From assembly GCA_964469935.1 (NCBI GenBank), contig CAYXZQ010000002.1, positions 319 to 64,318 on the forward strand: a stretch of 64,000 bases of DNA. Direction: 5' to 3'. The notes beneath the pieces were generated by a model. It had not been told where the DNA came from. It searched no databases and saw nothing but the letters and a program-made list of their open reading frames with translations. Position 1 is the first letter of the stretch; each line of letters opens with the position of its first letter. This DNA comes from an uncultured Methanosarcinales archaeon. Lineage in GTDB: Archaea > Nanobdellota > Nanobdellia > Woesearchaeales > DSVV01. Positions 1 to 9,953 of the stretch are shown here, in pieces. A program made the position numbers and the translations under genes.

Positions 1-2
1 TG

Positions 3-1940
3 ATGAAAAAGCCGTTATGGAAGATGGCGCTCGACAGGCCTGACCTGACAAGACAGGTATTGGACTTCGCCAAGAGCTCAGGCGTGAAAAAGACAATGGA
101 CGTGGTCAAGAGCAGGCTCGATGTCTGGCACCTCTTAGGCTACAGCTCGGCAGGGACAGTGGTGAAAGCCGGAAAAAACGCAGCAGGCTTCGGAGTCGGA
201 GACAGGGTCGCATGCATAGGCTCTGGCTTTGCAAACCACGCAGAATACGTCGCAGTGCCGAAGACCTTGGCAGCAAAGATACCCAAAGGCCTGAAATTCG
301 ATGATGCAGCATTCTCAGGCATAGGATGCATAGCGCTCCAGTCAATTAGACAACTCCAGCCAGAACTCGGCGAAAACATAGTTGTCATAGGCCTCGGGCT
401 CATAGGACAGATGGTGGCCCAGCTTCTGAGAACGAACGGCTGCAGGGTCATAGGAATAGACATTGACAGGGAGAAGACAGGAAAGTCGTACATCGACGTG
501 GGAATAACCAGAAACACGATAAAGAACGTCATGAATGCAACAGACGGAGCAGGCGCAGACGGCGTCATAATAGCGGCATCCTCGAAAAAGAACCTTGTCA
601 ATGACGCATTCGACATGTGCAGGAAAAAAGGCAGGGTTGTCCTGTTAGGGATATGCAATCTTGATATAGACAGGCAGAAGATGTTCGAAAAAGAGCTGGA
701 CTTCAAAATATCCACTGCATTCGGCGCAGGCTCCCTGGACCAGATCTACGAGCAGGGAAAGGATTACCCTATAGAATACGCAAGATGGACATCCGGCAGG
801 AACCTAAAAGCAGTGCTTGAACTCCTCTCCACAAAGAAGCTCGACATAAGCGAGATGAAAAAAGATGTATTCGACATCAGCGACGCAAAGACAGCCTACA
901 GCGGACTCGAGCAGGGCAAGATGATGACTGCGCTCTTGAGGTACAACCCCAAAGACGAAGCGCAGACAATTGTCGCAGATGAAAAATTCAAAAAGACCGG
1001 AAAGATAAATGTCGCAATAATCGGCGCTGGCCAGTTCGTCAAAGGCTTCATACTGCCGGCGATAAAGAACATAAAGGAATTCTCACTATATGCAATAGCG
1101 ACAAAGAGCGGGCCGAATGCAAAGAAGCTCGCAAGAGAGCACGGGGCGAAGATCGCGAGCACGAGCTATGCAGACATCATAAACGACAAGAATGTCGACC
1201 TGGTGATTATAGGGACCAGGCACGACAGCCATGCAGAGATTGCAGCAGAGGCCCTAAAAAAGGGAAAGCACGTGTTCTCTGAGAAGCCCATGGCGATCGA
1301 TGAGAAATCCTTCCAGTCCCTGGCAAAAGAGATAAGGAAAACCGCCAGGACCTATGCATGCGGGTTCAACAGGAGGTACTCGCCTGTATTCAAAAAGATC
1401 AAATCAATGCTCTCAGACAAGTCTCCGATGATGGTAAATTACGTATTCAACAATACCTTCCTGCCTGCAGACCACTGGGTCAACCAGCCTGATGTGGGCG
1501 GGGGCAGAGTCATAGGCGAGGCATGCCATATCTTAGATATCTTCAATTTCCTCACAGGATCGAAGCCCGTGACAGTCCAGGCAAGCAAGCTCTCTTCAGC
1601 AGGCGGGAATGACGACAACAACATATCAGCTGTCATAAAATACCAGGACGGGAGCGTCTGCACTCTCACATACTCATGCATAGGAAGCTCGGGCGCTGAC
1701 AGGGAATCCTGCACCATAATCCAGGACGCAAACACAATCGAGATGAGCAGCCTCTCGAAGATAAGGCTCAATGGCAAGCCAGTCTACACAGGAAAGGCAG
1801 ACGAGGGCCACGCGCAGGAGATGAGGGAGCTTGCAGCACACCTCACAGGAAAAGAGAACTCGCTCGTGACAGCAGAGGAATGCATAACAGCCACAGAGAC
1901 GACATTCGGCATAGTGAAGTCTGCCAAGGGCAGCAGATAA
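3..1940 (+). CDS. Fused oxidoreductase with an N-terminal MDR/zinc-ADH-like Rossmann domain and a C-terminal Gfo/Idh/MocA domain. Probably a sugar-nucleotide dehydrogenase. The ORF abuts the window start, so the 5' end may be truncated.
   Basis: The first half has 'VVIGLGLIGQMVAQLL' (GxGxxG) and 'GDRVACIGSGFANHAEYVAV', typical of MDR dehydrogenases. The second half has 'KINVAIIGAGQF' and the 'SEKPMA' (EKP) motif of Gfo/Idh/MocA. The ADH GroES-like N-terminus looks shortened. The ORF begins at nt 3. Confidence 0.6.
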   Translation: MKKPLWKMALDRPDLTRQVLDFAKSSGVKKTMDVVKSRLDVWHLLGYSSAGTVVKAGKNAAGFGVGDRVACIGSGFANHAEYVAVPKTLAAKIPKGLKFDDAAFSGIGCIALQSIRQLQPELGENIVVIGLGLIGQMVAQLLRTNGCRVIGIDIDREKTGKSYIDVGITRNTIKNVMNATDGAGADGVIIAASSKKNLVNDAFDMCRKKGRVVLLGICNLDIDRQKMFEKELDFKISTAFGAGSLDQIYEQGKDYPIEYARWTSGRNLKAVLELLSTKKLDISEMKKDVFDISDAKTAYSGLEQGKMMTALLRYNPKDEAQTIVADEKFKKTGKINVAIIGAGQFVKGFILPAIKNIKEFSLYAIATKSGPNAKKLAREHGAKIASTSYADIINDKNVDLVIIGTRHDSHAEIAAEALKKGKHVFSEKPMAIDEKSFQSLAKEIRKTARTYACGFNRRYSPVFKKIKSMLSDKSPMMVNYVFNNTFLPADHWVNQPDVGGGRVIGEACHILDIFNFLTGSKPVTVQASKLSSAGGNDDNNISAVIKYQDGSVCTLTYSCIGSSGADRESCTIIQDANTIEMSSLSKIRLNGKPVYTGKADEGHAQEMRELAAHLTGKENSLVTAEECITATETTFGIVKSAKGSR

Positions 1941-1969
1941 GATATCGCCCCGGGCCATACATACAGAAA

Positions 1970-3124
1970 ATGAAGATACTGAGAACAATCGAGTCATTCT
2001 ACCCGTTCATGTCAGGCCCTGCGAACCAGGCATACATGATAAGCAAAAAGCTCAAAGAAAAAAACATCACTTCCAGCATCTTCACTACAGACTACATGGC
2101 AGAAGAGAGCCCTTCTGAAGAGGATTACAAGGGCATCCCTGTAAGGAGATTCAAAGTCAAAGGGAAGTATCTCAAATACCTCTACACGCCCCAGATGAAG
2201 AAGGAGTTCATCAGATTCCGCCCGGACCTCATCCACGCACACAACTACAGGAGCTACCAGTCGGAAATTGCATACAAGGCTGCAAAGAAGCTGAATATAC
2301 CGTTCATCATCAACACCCACGGAGGGCTGCATGGATATAAGAAAATAACCAAGGGCATAAATAAAGCCCCGTACTGGTCCTACGACCTGTTAGGCGGAAA
2401 AAAGCACATAAAAAGATCAGATGCAGTCATCGTCTCATCGAACCAGGAATATGGCGAGGCGCTTGATTTCGGCGTGAAAAAACAGAAGCTGCACATAGTC
2501 CCCATGGGAATCGATGTCAATGACTACAGGCAAAGCATGAGAAAAAGAGACGACGACAAGATAGTGCTTCTGTTCGTCGGGAGGATCACAAAGGACAGGA
2601 ACCTCATGCCCATGCTCGATGCATTGAAGGATATCGACGACAGAAGAATCAGCCTGAGGATTGTCGGCGGTGAGGCGAGGAGGACTGACACGGACAGGCT
2701 CGGGTATCTTGACCTGCTCAGGCACACAGCTGCAAAATACAGCATAAATTCCGTTTTCACAGGCCCGAAATACGGAAAAGACCTGATAAACGAATACATG
2801 AACGCAGACATCTTCATATACACCTCTGTCTGGGAGAACTTCGGCCAGACATTGCTCGAAGCAGGAGCAGCAGGGCTGCCGATAATATCGACAAGAGTAG
2901 GCATTGCAGAAGACATCGTGAAGGACGAAAAGACAGGCTATCTAGTCAGCCACAACAGCACAAAAGAGATTGAAAAGGCAGTACGCAACCTGATGGACAA
3001 GAAAAAAAGGGAATCATTCGGGAAGAGCATCCACACTCTCGTCAAAAAAGGCTTTGCCTGGGACAGAATCACTGAAAAATATGCAGGGATATACGAACAG
3101 GCACTCAAAAACAAAAAGAGATGA
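1970..3124 (+). CDS. Glycosyltransferase family 4 (GT-B, retaining).
   Basis: The C-terminal motif 'EAGAAGLPIISTRVGIAEDIVKDEKTGYLV' is the typical GT4 E-x7-E region. The likely start is MKILRT at 1970. The upstream ATG at 1880 would overlap the previous gene. Confidence 0.75.
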   Translation: MKILRTIESFYPFMSGPANQAYMISKKLKEKNITSSIFTTDYMAEESPSEEDYKGIPVRRFKVKGKYLKYLYTPQMKKEFIRFRPDLIHAHNYRSYQSEIAYKAAKKLNIPFIINTHGGLHGYKKITKGINKAPYWSYDLLGGKKHIKRSDAVIVSSNQEYGEALDFGVKKQKLHIVPMGIDVNDYRQSMRKRDDDKIVLLFVGRITKDRNLMPMLDALKDIDDRRISLRIVGGEARRTDTDRLGYLDLLRHTAAKYSINSVFTGPKYGKDLINEYMNADIFIYTSVWENFGQTLLEAGAAGLPIISTRVGIAEDIVKDEKTGYLVSHNSTKEIEKAVRNLMDKKKRESFGKSIHTLVKKGFAWDRITEKYAGIYEQALKNKKR

Positions 3125-3131
3125 GTCAGGT

Positions 3132-3926
3132 TCAATCTGAGAGCAGCCTTCTCAGCTTCTTCAGGTTCTCCAGGTCCTCTGAAAGATTCAGAAAATCTGT
3201 CTTGGGAGTCTCGAGCGAAAGATAAGCACCCTCAGGTATCTGCCTGACAAGATCCCTCAGGGGCAGGTCTCCATCGCCCAGGTGCAGATGCTCGTCTACT
3301 TCTTTATCCTTACGGCTGTCGCTGAGATGGAACATATAAGGTCCTAAACCCAGAAAATCCCTGACAAAACCCATCATCTTCCTACCATGCGTATTCGATG
3401 CTGCAATCGCGTGGCCGATGTCAAGGCAGAATCTGCAGCCGGTCTTGTCCAGCACTTCCCTGTATTCTTCAGGCCTGGATATGACCAGAGGGATATTGTT
3501 CTCATAGCCGACCGCAGGCACGTTCTCAAGTATGATGTCAAGCTCAGGCATAAGCCCTTTTATGTTCATGACAAGGCTCTGGACTGTGTCCCTTTTTTTG
3601 TCCAGCACATAGCCGGGGTGGAAGATTATCTTATTTTTGCCGAAAAACTCGGTGAATCTTCTGATTGTCTTGATTGATTCATGATAAGTCATGTCCTTGT
3701 TCGTGATGCTGAAGCCGTGGTTGTAGTTCGGGGCGTGGAATATGACAGGAACATCCTTAAGGATCTCAAGCTTAACGCCGTCGAACGTGCCGGGCACGAT
3801 GTAGAGCTCGACATAATCTATCAGCCCATCACTTAAGAATTCGGCAAGCTTCGTAAAGGACTCCTGGTTGATTGACCATATCTTGAGCCCCAGCCTGACC
3901 CTTTTTTCCCCCATTTGCAGGCCCAT
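3132..3926 (-). CDS. Sugar phosphate isomerase/epimerase, xylose-isomerase-like TIM-barrel family.
   Basis: Length and motifs ('IIFHPGY', 'CLDIGHA', a His/Asp/Glu metal-ligand pattern) fit the AP-endonuclease-2 / xylose-isomerase-like TIM fold. The likely start is MGLQMGEK (alternative starts at 3950 or 3914). Confidence 0.55.
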   Translation of the reverse strand: MGLQMGEKRVRLGLKIWSINQESFTKLAEFLSDGLIDYVELYIVPGTFDGVKLEILKDVPVIFHAPNYNHGFSITNKDMTYHESIKTIRRFTEFFGKNKIIFHPGYVLDKKRDTVQSLVMNIKGLMPELDIILENVPAVGYENNIPLVISRPEEYREVLDKTGCRFCLDIGHAIAASNTHGRKMMGFVRDFLGLGPYMFHLSDSRKDKEVDEHLHLGDGDLPLRDLVRQIPEGAYLSLETPKTDFLNLSEDLENLKKLRRLLSD

Positions 3927-4606
3927 TATCCTATTTCTCTGACCAGGCACAGCGCTTCTGCCAGTTCCAGCCCTGATTCCAGCCCCCTGAACTGCGCCAG
4001 TATCCTTATGCCTTCAAGAGACCTGGGATGGGGATATTTCCGAAGCTCGCTCCTGTACGCCTTCATCGCCTTAAGCTTGTCATCCATCACTCCTGAGATA
4101 TCATAGTAGACATTCGGCCTGAAGACACCCTCGCCCTTCGACTGCCATTCTGTAGACGACAAAGTCTCGAAAGCATATATCTTTTTCACGCAATCCTTTC
4201 CGATCGGCCTAGCCGCTGTCATAGCAGCCTGGAAGCAGATCCTGTGGTCGACATTGAGGTCGTTCTCGTGATGGGTATAGATTATGTCGGGCTTCAGCCT
4301 GTCCATGACCTTCTCGAACCCCTTGACAACATCCAGCAACGGCACTGAATCCATTGCATTGTCAGGGAAGTCGAGGAAGAAGACCTCTTTGAATCCCAGT
4401 ATGTCAGCTGCATTGAGGCTCTCCTTTCGCAGTCTCTTGACATCTGCATCAGTTTTCTTCCCCTTCGCGAGCCGTGAAGTCACGCCCTCGGCAGCGATTA
4501 AGCAGTAGACATCATCACCCGACCTGGCATGCCTCAGGACTGTCCCGCCTATGCCCAATACCTCGTCATCCGGATGGGCAGCTATGACAAGAACCTTATT
4601 CTTCAT
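3926..4606 (-). CDS. PIG-L/LmbE-family N-acetyl-sugar deacetylase.
   Basis: The N-terminus 'VLVIAAHPDDEVLGIGGT' carries the HPDDE zinc-binding signature of the PIG-L family. There is also a conserved 'HxxH'-like region 'YTHHENDLNVDH'. Confidence 0.8.
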   Translation of the reverse strand: MKNKVLVIAAHPDDEVLGIGGTVLRHARSGDDVYCLIAAEGVTSRLAKGKKTDADVKRLRKESLNAADILGFKEVFFLDFPDNAMDSVPLLDVVKGFEKVMDRLKPDIIYTHHENDLNVDHRICFQAAMTAARPIGKDCVKKIYAFETLSSTEWQSKGEGVFRPNVYYDISGVMDDKLKAMKAYRSELRKYPHPRSLEGIRILAQFRGLESGLELAEALCLVREIG

Positions 4607-5321
4607 CTTCCATCACCCTGATCGTCACATGAGCCCTGACTTTCCCGTCCGAAAGCCTGGATCTGGTGAACTCCAGCCTGAGCCTGCCTGATTCGATGAA
4701 CGCAGGCGGATAGCCCTCTCCGTCGAGCATCCTTATCCAGTCATGGACCTTCGATATTGCTGCGTCGTCAGGAATCCTGCTCTCTTCCGGTGTCCTCCTC
4801 TTGAACTCCACTACCTCGCCCTCCTGCTTTTTCGGGGCTGGTCTGTCCCTGATGATCTCTGCCATCATCCGAAATATGATGTCAGAGGCTTTCCTGAATA
4901 TCTCTTCAGCGCTGCCGCTCGAAAGGTCGAGGTCCCTCTTCATGTATATGTCGCCTGCATCAAGCCCCTTCACGACCCTTATCGCCGATATCTTTGTCCT
5001 GTATATCCCTCTTGAGATGAGGTTCTGCAGCGGGCTTCCCCCTCTTCCGAACGGAAGGTCTGTCATGTGGAAGACCACGCACTCGAAATCCTCGTAGACA
5101 TCTTTCGGGATTATCCATGACCAGTGCGGGAAGAACACGTACGCGGGGTTCAGCTCCCTGAGCCTCTCGGATGTCAGGTCTTCCTTCTTGTCTATCAGTG
5201 TCCAGCTGAAGCTGTCGAGCTCCTTCTCGATCTTGTTGAAATTGCCGACATTCCATGACTTGATCGTCACGACTACCATGTTCTTCTTGTCGTCTGTCAT
5301 TGTCTCATTTGCCATGCTCAT
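4596..5321 (-). CDS. Formyltransferase-fold protein (Fmt/ArnA N-domain-like). Putative sugar N-formyl or N-acyl transferase.
   Basis: 'VVFHMTDLPFGRGGSPLQNLISRGIYRTKISAIRVVKGLDAGDIYMK' aligns with the formyl_trans_N core 'H.SLLP..RG..P......G....G.T.H.....D.GDI'. The usual Asn two residues before the catalytic His is Val/Phe here. Confidence 0.6.
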   Translation of the reverse strand: MSMANETMTDDKKNMVVVTIKSWNVGNFNKIEKELDSFSWTLIDKKEDLTSERLRELNPAYVFFPHWSWIIPKDVYEDFECVVFHMTDLPFGRGGSPLQNLISRGIYRTKISAIRVVKGLDAGDIYMKRDLDLSSGSAEEIFRKASDIIFRMMAEIIRDRPAPKKQEGEVVEFKRRTPEESRIPDDAAISKVHDWIRMLDGEGYPPAFIESGRLRLEFTRSRLSDGKVRAHVTIRVMEDEE

Positions 5322-5782
5322 CTTGCATACCTCAACTCGACAAATTCCCCGTGGTCCTTGTGCAGCTTGTATCCGCTCTTCTCGAACGCCCTTACAGATG
5401 CTATGTTCTCGTGCTTGATATTGGCGATGATGTACTGCACGTCGAAATTGTCAAGGTAGAACCTGGCGGATTCTTTCAGCACCCTGGTACCTATGCCCCT
5501 GCTCCTGGACTCCGGGGCGATTGCGATGTCTATCTCTGCATGCCTTCCCTCCCTGTCGAACCTCACCTGGCCGAGCTTGCTGCCTTTACTGTCAGTGACG
5601 ATGAACAAGTTCCTCTTCGGGTTTGAAAGCGAGCTGCCGAACCACTTTACATGGTCTTTCTTCTGCACCTTCTTGGTATTGAATGAGTACTTCCTCGTGA
5701 CCGGGTCGTTTCTCCATCTTAGAAGGTCTTCGGAATCCTCCGGCCCGGCGAACCTGAAATATATCTCGTCAGTCATCGGCAT
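5318..5782 (-). CDS. GNAT-family N-acetyltransferase (PseH-like role).
   Basis: It is 154 aa. 'RSRGIGTRVL' is the acetyl-CoA binding motif (R/Q-x-x-G-x-G/A). It is wedged between NeuB and formyltransferase-like genes with 4-14 nt overlaps. Confidence 0.7.
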   Translation of the reverse strand: MPMTDEIYFRFAGPEDSEDLLRWRNDPVTRKYSFNTKKVQKKDHVKWFGSSLSNPKRNLFIVTDSKGSKLGQVRFDREGRHAEIDIAIAPESRSRGIGTRVLKESARFYLDNFDVQYIIANIKHENIASVRAFEKSGYKLHKDHGEFVELRYAR

Positions 5783-6845
5783 CCCCCTCTCTTATCGGCT
5801 CCTGCAGGCCGATGTCCCTTGATGCTGTCTTGCCGAGAAGATCTTCATAACGGTCGGGCTCAAGCCCTTGCTCTTTTTTTCCCGGCCTGAGCACGCCGAT
5901 GTTCTCCTTCGTGAACCTATCCCCCTTCTTAATTGGCTTGATAGAATATATGAAATGCCTGGCAAAGCTGTGCAGCTCTTTTTCAGCATCGCCCACATGT
6001 TTTTCCCCTGAACCCAGCGCCTGCTCCAGCTTATGGATGCCCGAAACAAGCTCCTTAAGTTCATCAGGCAGTATCGCAAACCCGTGGTCCGGTCCCGGCA
6101 GGCTGTTGTCTGTTGTGAAATGCTTCTCGATTACAGATGCGCCGAGGGCTACTGCTCCAAGAGGGGCGATCAGCGGCTCCCTCGAGTGGTCAGACAGGCC
6201 GACAGGGCATCCGAATTCCTTCATCATCTCCGGTATGACGCTGAGGTTCATGGCTGACATGGGCGCAGGGTATTTTGCCGTGCACTGCAGAAGGATTATA
6301 TCTTCATTGCCGCATTTCCTTATGTAATCCGCTGCTTTTCTTACATCATCCATGTCCGATGCCCCTGTAGAGATTATCATAGGCTTGCCTTTCCCGGCTA
6401 CATGCTTGAGCAGCGGGAAGTCTGTTATGGAGTATGACGCGAGCTTGTAGGCCTCAATCCCCGCTTTCTCCAGCTCGTCGGCAGATGCATTGTCAAACGG
6501 CGTCGCAAGGAACATGATGCCCTTGTCGTCGCAATGCCCCTTCAGCTTCGGCAGCCATTCATAAGGAAGCTCCATCTCCCTGATTATGTCGTATATCTTC
6601 TTTTTCTTGCCTATGTAATCCGCGTGGCCAGCGTCCTTTACATACAGCTTCTCTGCGCGGTAGACCTGGAATTTAACAGCATCTGCCCCGGCTTCAGCAG
6701 CGATGTCGATCAATCTCAATGCCTGCTCATAATTCTTGACCGGGTCGTCGGATATCCTGAAATTCGCGCCAGCCTCGGCTATAAAGTAGCATGGCTCGCC
6801 TTTCCCAACAATTTTTTTCCCGATTCTTGTCTTGGTGTCGACCAT
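5769..6845 (-). CDS. NeuB-family nonulosonic acid synthase (N-acylneuraminate, pseudaminate or legionaminate synthase), copy 1, with a C-terminal SAF domain.
   Basis: The N-terminus 'GKGEPCYFIAEAGANF...AGADAVKFQV' matches the NeuB/PseI/LegI signature. The C-terminus 'RSLVAIKDI'-like SAF region is 'RHFIYSIKPIKKGDRFTKENIGVLRPG'. Confidence 0.8.
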   Translation of the reverse strand: MVDTKTRIGKKIVGKGEPCYFIAEAGANFRISDDPVKNYEQALRLIDIAAEAGADAVKFQVYRAEKLYVKDAGHADYIGKKKKIYDIIREMELPYEWLPKLKGHCDDKGIMFLATPFDNASADELEKAGIEAYKLASYSITDFPLLKHVAGKGKPMIISTGASDMDDVRKAADYIRKCGNEDIILLQCTAKYPAPMSAMNLSVIPEMMKEFGCPVGLSDHSREPLIAPLGAVALGASVIEKHFTTDNSLPGPDHGFAILPDELKELVSGIHKLEQALGSGEKHVGDAEKELHSFARHFIYSIKPIKKGDRFTKENIGVLRPGKKEQGLEPDRYEDLLGKTASRDIGLQEPIREGDADD

Positions 6846-6859
6846 ATGCCATCATCGCC

Positions 6860-7903
6860 TTATACAAACATGCCTTCTTCTAAAAATACGTCTTTTTTGA
6901 CATCAGTCCTGAGTCTCCTGCCAAGGAATTCCTCGTACCTGTCAGCTGTTATGCCTGTGCCCGGCCTCCTGAAATCCAGGTCCTCCAGTTTCAAGACTGC
7001 TCCTTTTTTGAGGTCCTTGATAGCCACAAGGCTCCTCCTTCCCGCAAGCCCGGGCCTGAGCGCGAACACGTCCTCCGGCTTTCCTACAGCCCTCTCTATC
7101 TTGCGGACATTCTCGACAAAACCCTTGAGCTCATGAGGCTCGAGAGACATGTAATGCTCGGCGCTCCTCGTGGTCTTGTCAAGGGTTATTGTCTTCTCGA
7201 TGCAGTCGGCTCCGAAGCCCATGCATGCGTAATCCATCAGGGCGTCGACCGAATGGTCGGAGAACCCGACAGGGCAGTCGAACCTGTCCTTGAGAAATTG
7301 GAGCACAGAGAAGTTTATCTCCTCGTCCCTGCAGGGGTAGCCCGGCGGGCAGTGCATTATCATGATATTGTCGTTCCCATTGCCCCTGCAGACGCTGACA
7401 GCCCTTTCCAGCTCTTCGAGGGTCCCCCTCGCGTCAAGTATGACAGGAAGGCCTGATTTTGCCGCATACCTGATGAGGAAGGTATGGTTTATGTCCGCTG
7501 CTGCAATCTTGATTGCGCATGAGCCGATCTCCTTCAGGAGCTCCACCTCTTCGGGGAAGAACGCGGTGGAGAAGAACAGGATGCCCAGCTCGTCGCAGTA
7601 CTCCTTTAGCTCCTTCCACTGCGCGACAGGAAGCTCCCTCCTCTTGAGTATGTCATATAATCTCTCTGTCACGTCGCCGTCAGCTGTCCCGTATGTGAAA
7701 TCCACGGACTTGTCGCCCATGAGCCTGTCGACGTCCATTATCTGGAACTTGACAGCATCCGCCCCTGAATCGGCAGCTGCCTTGCAGAGCCTCTTTCCGG
7801 ACTCGAGGTCGTATATGGTAGGTCCTGCCTCAAGCACGATGAAGCATGGCTCGCCTTCTCCGACTGTCCTGTTTCCTATCCTCAATTTCCTGGCTTTCTT
7901 CAT
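6860..7903 (-). CDS. NeuB-family nonulosonic acid synthase, copy 2 (paralog).
   Basis: 'GEGEPCFIVLEAGPT...SGADAVKFQI' and a C-terminal SAF-like 'RRSLVAIKDLKKGAVLKLEDLDFRRPG'. It is a distinct paralog, only partly alignable to copy 1. Confidence 0.8.
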   Translation of the reverse strand: MKKARKLRIGNRTVGEGEPCFIVLEAGPTIYDLESGKRLCKAAADSGADAVKFQIMDVDRLMGDKSVDFTYGTADGDVTERLYDILKRRELPVAQWKELKEYCDELGILFFSTAFFPEEVELLKEIGSCAIKIAAADINHTFLIRYAAKSGLPVILDARGTLEELERAVSVCRGNGNDNIMIMHCPPGYPCRDEEINFSVLQFLKDRFDCPVGFSDHSVDALMDYACMGFGADCIEKTITLDKTTRSAEHYMSLEPHELKGFVENVRKIERAVGKPEDVFALRPGLAGRRSLVAIKDLKKGAVLKLEDLDFRRPGTGITADRYEEFLGRRLRTDVKKDVFLEEGMFV

Positions 7904-8580
7904 TTTACTCTCCTGATTAGATATTCTGCCAGCTCGAGGTCGAAAGGCTCGTTTATGTCGACAGTCCTCTTCGGGGGTATGTAGTATCCCACTATCCTCT
8001 CGCCGTAGTATGTCCTGTCCTTCCTGAGCTGGGCTGCTCTTGCGAAAATTATGGAGCCGTCGTGGACAAAGACCTCGGGATTCTTCTGGTCCTGTGTCAG
8101 GTATTCCCTGCCGTAAAGCGGATTGAGAAACCCGTCGCCTCCCTTCTTGAGCGCCCTGAATGGTGAATACCTGTAGTCTGTTACGGACATGAGATAGTCA
8201 GCTCCTGAGGATTCGAACAGCTCGAATGCTTTCCTGATGTCATCACCGGCCCTCAGGGGGCTTGTCGGCAGCAGTATGCAGATTGCCTCTACGGCGAAGC
8301 CCTTCTTTTCATACTTTGATATGGCATCTATGCATACCTGCGGCACAGTCGCGTCGTCGCTTCCGAGCGCGACATCTCTAATAAGCACTTCAGCCCCTAG
8401 TCCTTCGGCGATACCTGCTATCTCTTCATCGTCTGTCGATACGACGATCCTGTCGAATATCGCTGCCTTTTCTGCAGCTTCCACTGCGTATTGGAGCAAT
8501 GGCTTCTTATCCAGAAGAGCTATGTTCTTCCTCGGGAACCTCTTCGAGCCTCCTCTTGCAGGGATTATTGCCATCAGCAT
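7900..8580 (-). CDS. CMP-nonulosonic acid synthetase (acylneuraminate cytidylyltransferase, NeuA/PseF/LegF family).
   Basis: 'AIIPARGGSKRFPRKNI' is the canonical CMP-NeuAc synthetase N-terminal motif. It is 226 aa. Confidence 0.85.
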   Translation of the reverse strand: MLMAIIPARGGSKRFPRKNIALLDKKPLLQYAVEAAEKAAIFDRIVVSTDDEEIAGIAEGLGAEVLIRDVALGSDDATVPQVCIDAISKYEKKGFAVEAICILLPTSPLRAGDDIRKAFELFESSGADYLMSVTDYRYSPFRALKKGGDGFLNPLYGREYLTQDQKNPEVFVHDGSIIFARAAQLRKDRTYYGERIVGYYIPPKRTVDINEPFDLELAEYLIRRVK

Positions 8581-8687
8581 GGCGCAGAGTATTGGATAAG
8601 CATTTAAATAAGTTATGAATTGCAGACTTTAACAGACATTAATAAAATATTTAAATGTTGATTATCAGGTCAAGTGAGGGTGATATA
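8581..8687. promoter_or_regulatory. Divergent promoter region between the CMP-sugar synthetase operon (-) and the amidotransferase operon (+). It has two TATA-like boxes and an SD-like GGTGA before the + start.
   Basis: The AT-rich block reads 'gcatttaaataagttatgaa' and 'aaaatatttaaatgttg'. 'gagggtgatataATG' sits ahead of MRYCARC. Archaeal TATA consensus is TTTAWATA. Confidence 0.45.
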
Positions 8688-9953
8688 ATGAGATATTGTG
8701 CAAGGTGCGTATATCCTGAGAATGCAAAGCCAGCTATAATCTTCGACGAAGAGGGTGTCTGCAGCGGATGCAGGCTTCACGAGTCGAGGCCAAAGATTGA
8801 CTGGGACAAGCAGATGGAAAAGCTCAAGGAGATCCTGAAGGAGTACAGCAAGAAAGCGAGGGCGAACGGGTCGAAATACGACTGCATCATTCCTGTCAGC
8901 GGAGGCAAGGACAGCCATTTCCAGACCTATGTGATAAAGAAGCTGCTCGGGTACAATCCGCTGCTCGTCTGCTATAACCACGGCTTCAATACAAAGAGGG
9001 GAATCAGGAATCTCACTAACATGACAACGCAGTTCGGTACTGACATCCTCAGGTTCACTACCAATCCCGAGAGCGCGAGAAAGCTATCGACGTTCATGGT
9101 AAAGAAGGTGGGCGACCTGACCTGGCATTACCATGCAGGCATAACCACCTTTCCCATCAAGGCCGCGGTGATGTACAGGATCCCACTAATCATCTGGGGC
9201 GAGCACGGGTTTTCCGACATGCTCGGCATGTACAACCAGGAAGACATGCTGGAGTTCTCAAAGAAGGACAGGAGGGACCACAGCATGAGGGGCTTTGAGC
9301 CCGACGACATACTGGAGGACCCGGAAAACCCGGGAATAACCGAAGACGACCTTGACCCCTTCTATTATCCCAGCAACGAGGATATCGAAAAGGTGGGCGT
9401 GAGGGGTATCTTCCTTGCGAATTTCGTCCCCTGGGATGCAAGGAAGCACACTAAGCTGATGATCGACAAGTTCAATTTCGAGACAGCCCAAAAGCGCGAG
9501 AGGACATTCCACCTCTATGACAAGCTGGACGACATCCATGCCAACGGAACGCATGATTACCTGAAGTACCTCAAGTTCGGGTACGGCAGGGCGACAGACG
9601 ATGCGTCCATGGAGATACGCCACGGAAGGATGACAAGGGAGGAGGGCATCGAGATGGTAAAAAAATACGACCACGTGAGGCCGAGCGACCTTGACATCTG
9701 GCTGAAGTTCGTGGGCTGGGACGAGAAGAAGTTCTTGGACATGATAGAGCCAATGCGTGACAGCTCGATATGGGAGAAGAAGAACGGTGTCTGGGTAGCA
9801 AAGGACAGCGTGGCAAATCATGTCCATGACAAGGGCGTTGAAAAGGCAAGGCTCAAGCTCAAAGAGGACAGGAAGCCCATCGCGCCTACGAAAAGCCCGT
9901 ATTACTCCCGGGACGACCATGTCGAGGAGGACAAGGAATACATCTGGTTATGA
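8688..9953 (+). CDS. N-acetyl-sugar amidotransferase (PP-loop ATPase, WbuX/AglX/PseA-like). Acetamidino group formation.
   Basis: N-terminal zinc ribbon 'MRYCARCVYP...CSGC'. PP-loop 'IIPVSGGKDSHFQ' (SGGxDS). Immediately followed by HisH- and HisF-like genes with overlapping stop/start. Confidence 0.75.
   Translation: MRYCARCVYPENAKPAIIFDEEGVCSGCRLHESRPKIDWDKQMEKLKEILKEYSKKARANGSKYDCIIPVSGGKDSHFQTYVIKKLLGYNPLLVCYNHGFNTKRGIRNLTNMTTQFGTDILRFTTNPESARKLSTFMVKKVGDLTWHYHAGITTFPIKAAVMYRIPLIIWGEHGFSDMLGMYNQEDMLEFSKKDRRDHSMRGFEPDDILEDPENPGITEDDLDPFYYPSNEDIEKVGVRGIFLANFVPWDARKHTKLMIDKFNFETAQKRERTFHLYDKLDDIHANGTHDYLKYLKFGYGRATDDASMEIRHGRMTREEGIEMVKKYDHVRPSDLDIWLKFVGWDEKKFLDMIEPMRDSSIWEKKNGVWVAKDSVANHVHDKGVEKARLKLKEDRKPIAPTKSPYYSRDDHVEEDKEYIWL

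Noticed and set aside
3-1940. Two separate genes (ADH-like and Gfo/Idh/MocA).
   Set aside because: The reading frame is continuous with no stop or plausible internal start/RBS between the domains, so it is treated as a fusion. The N-terminus may continue beyond the window.
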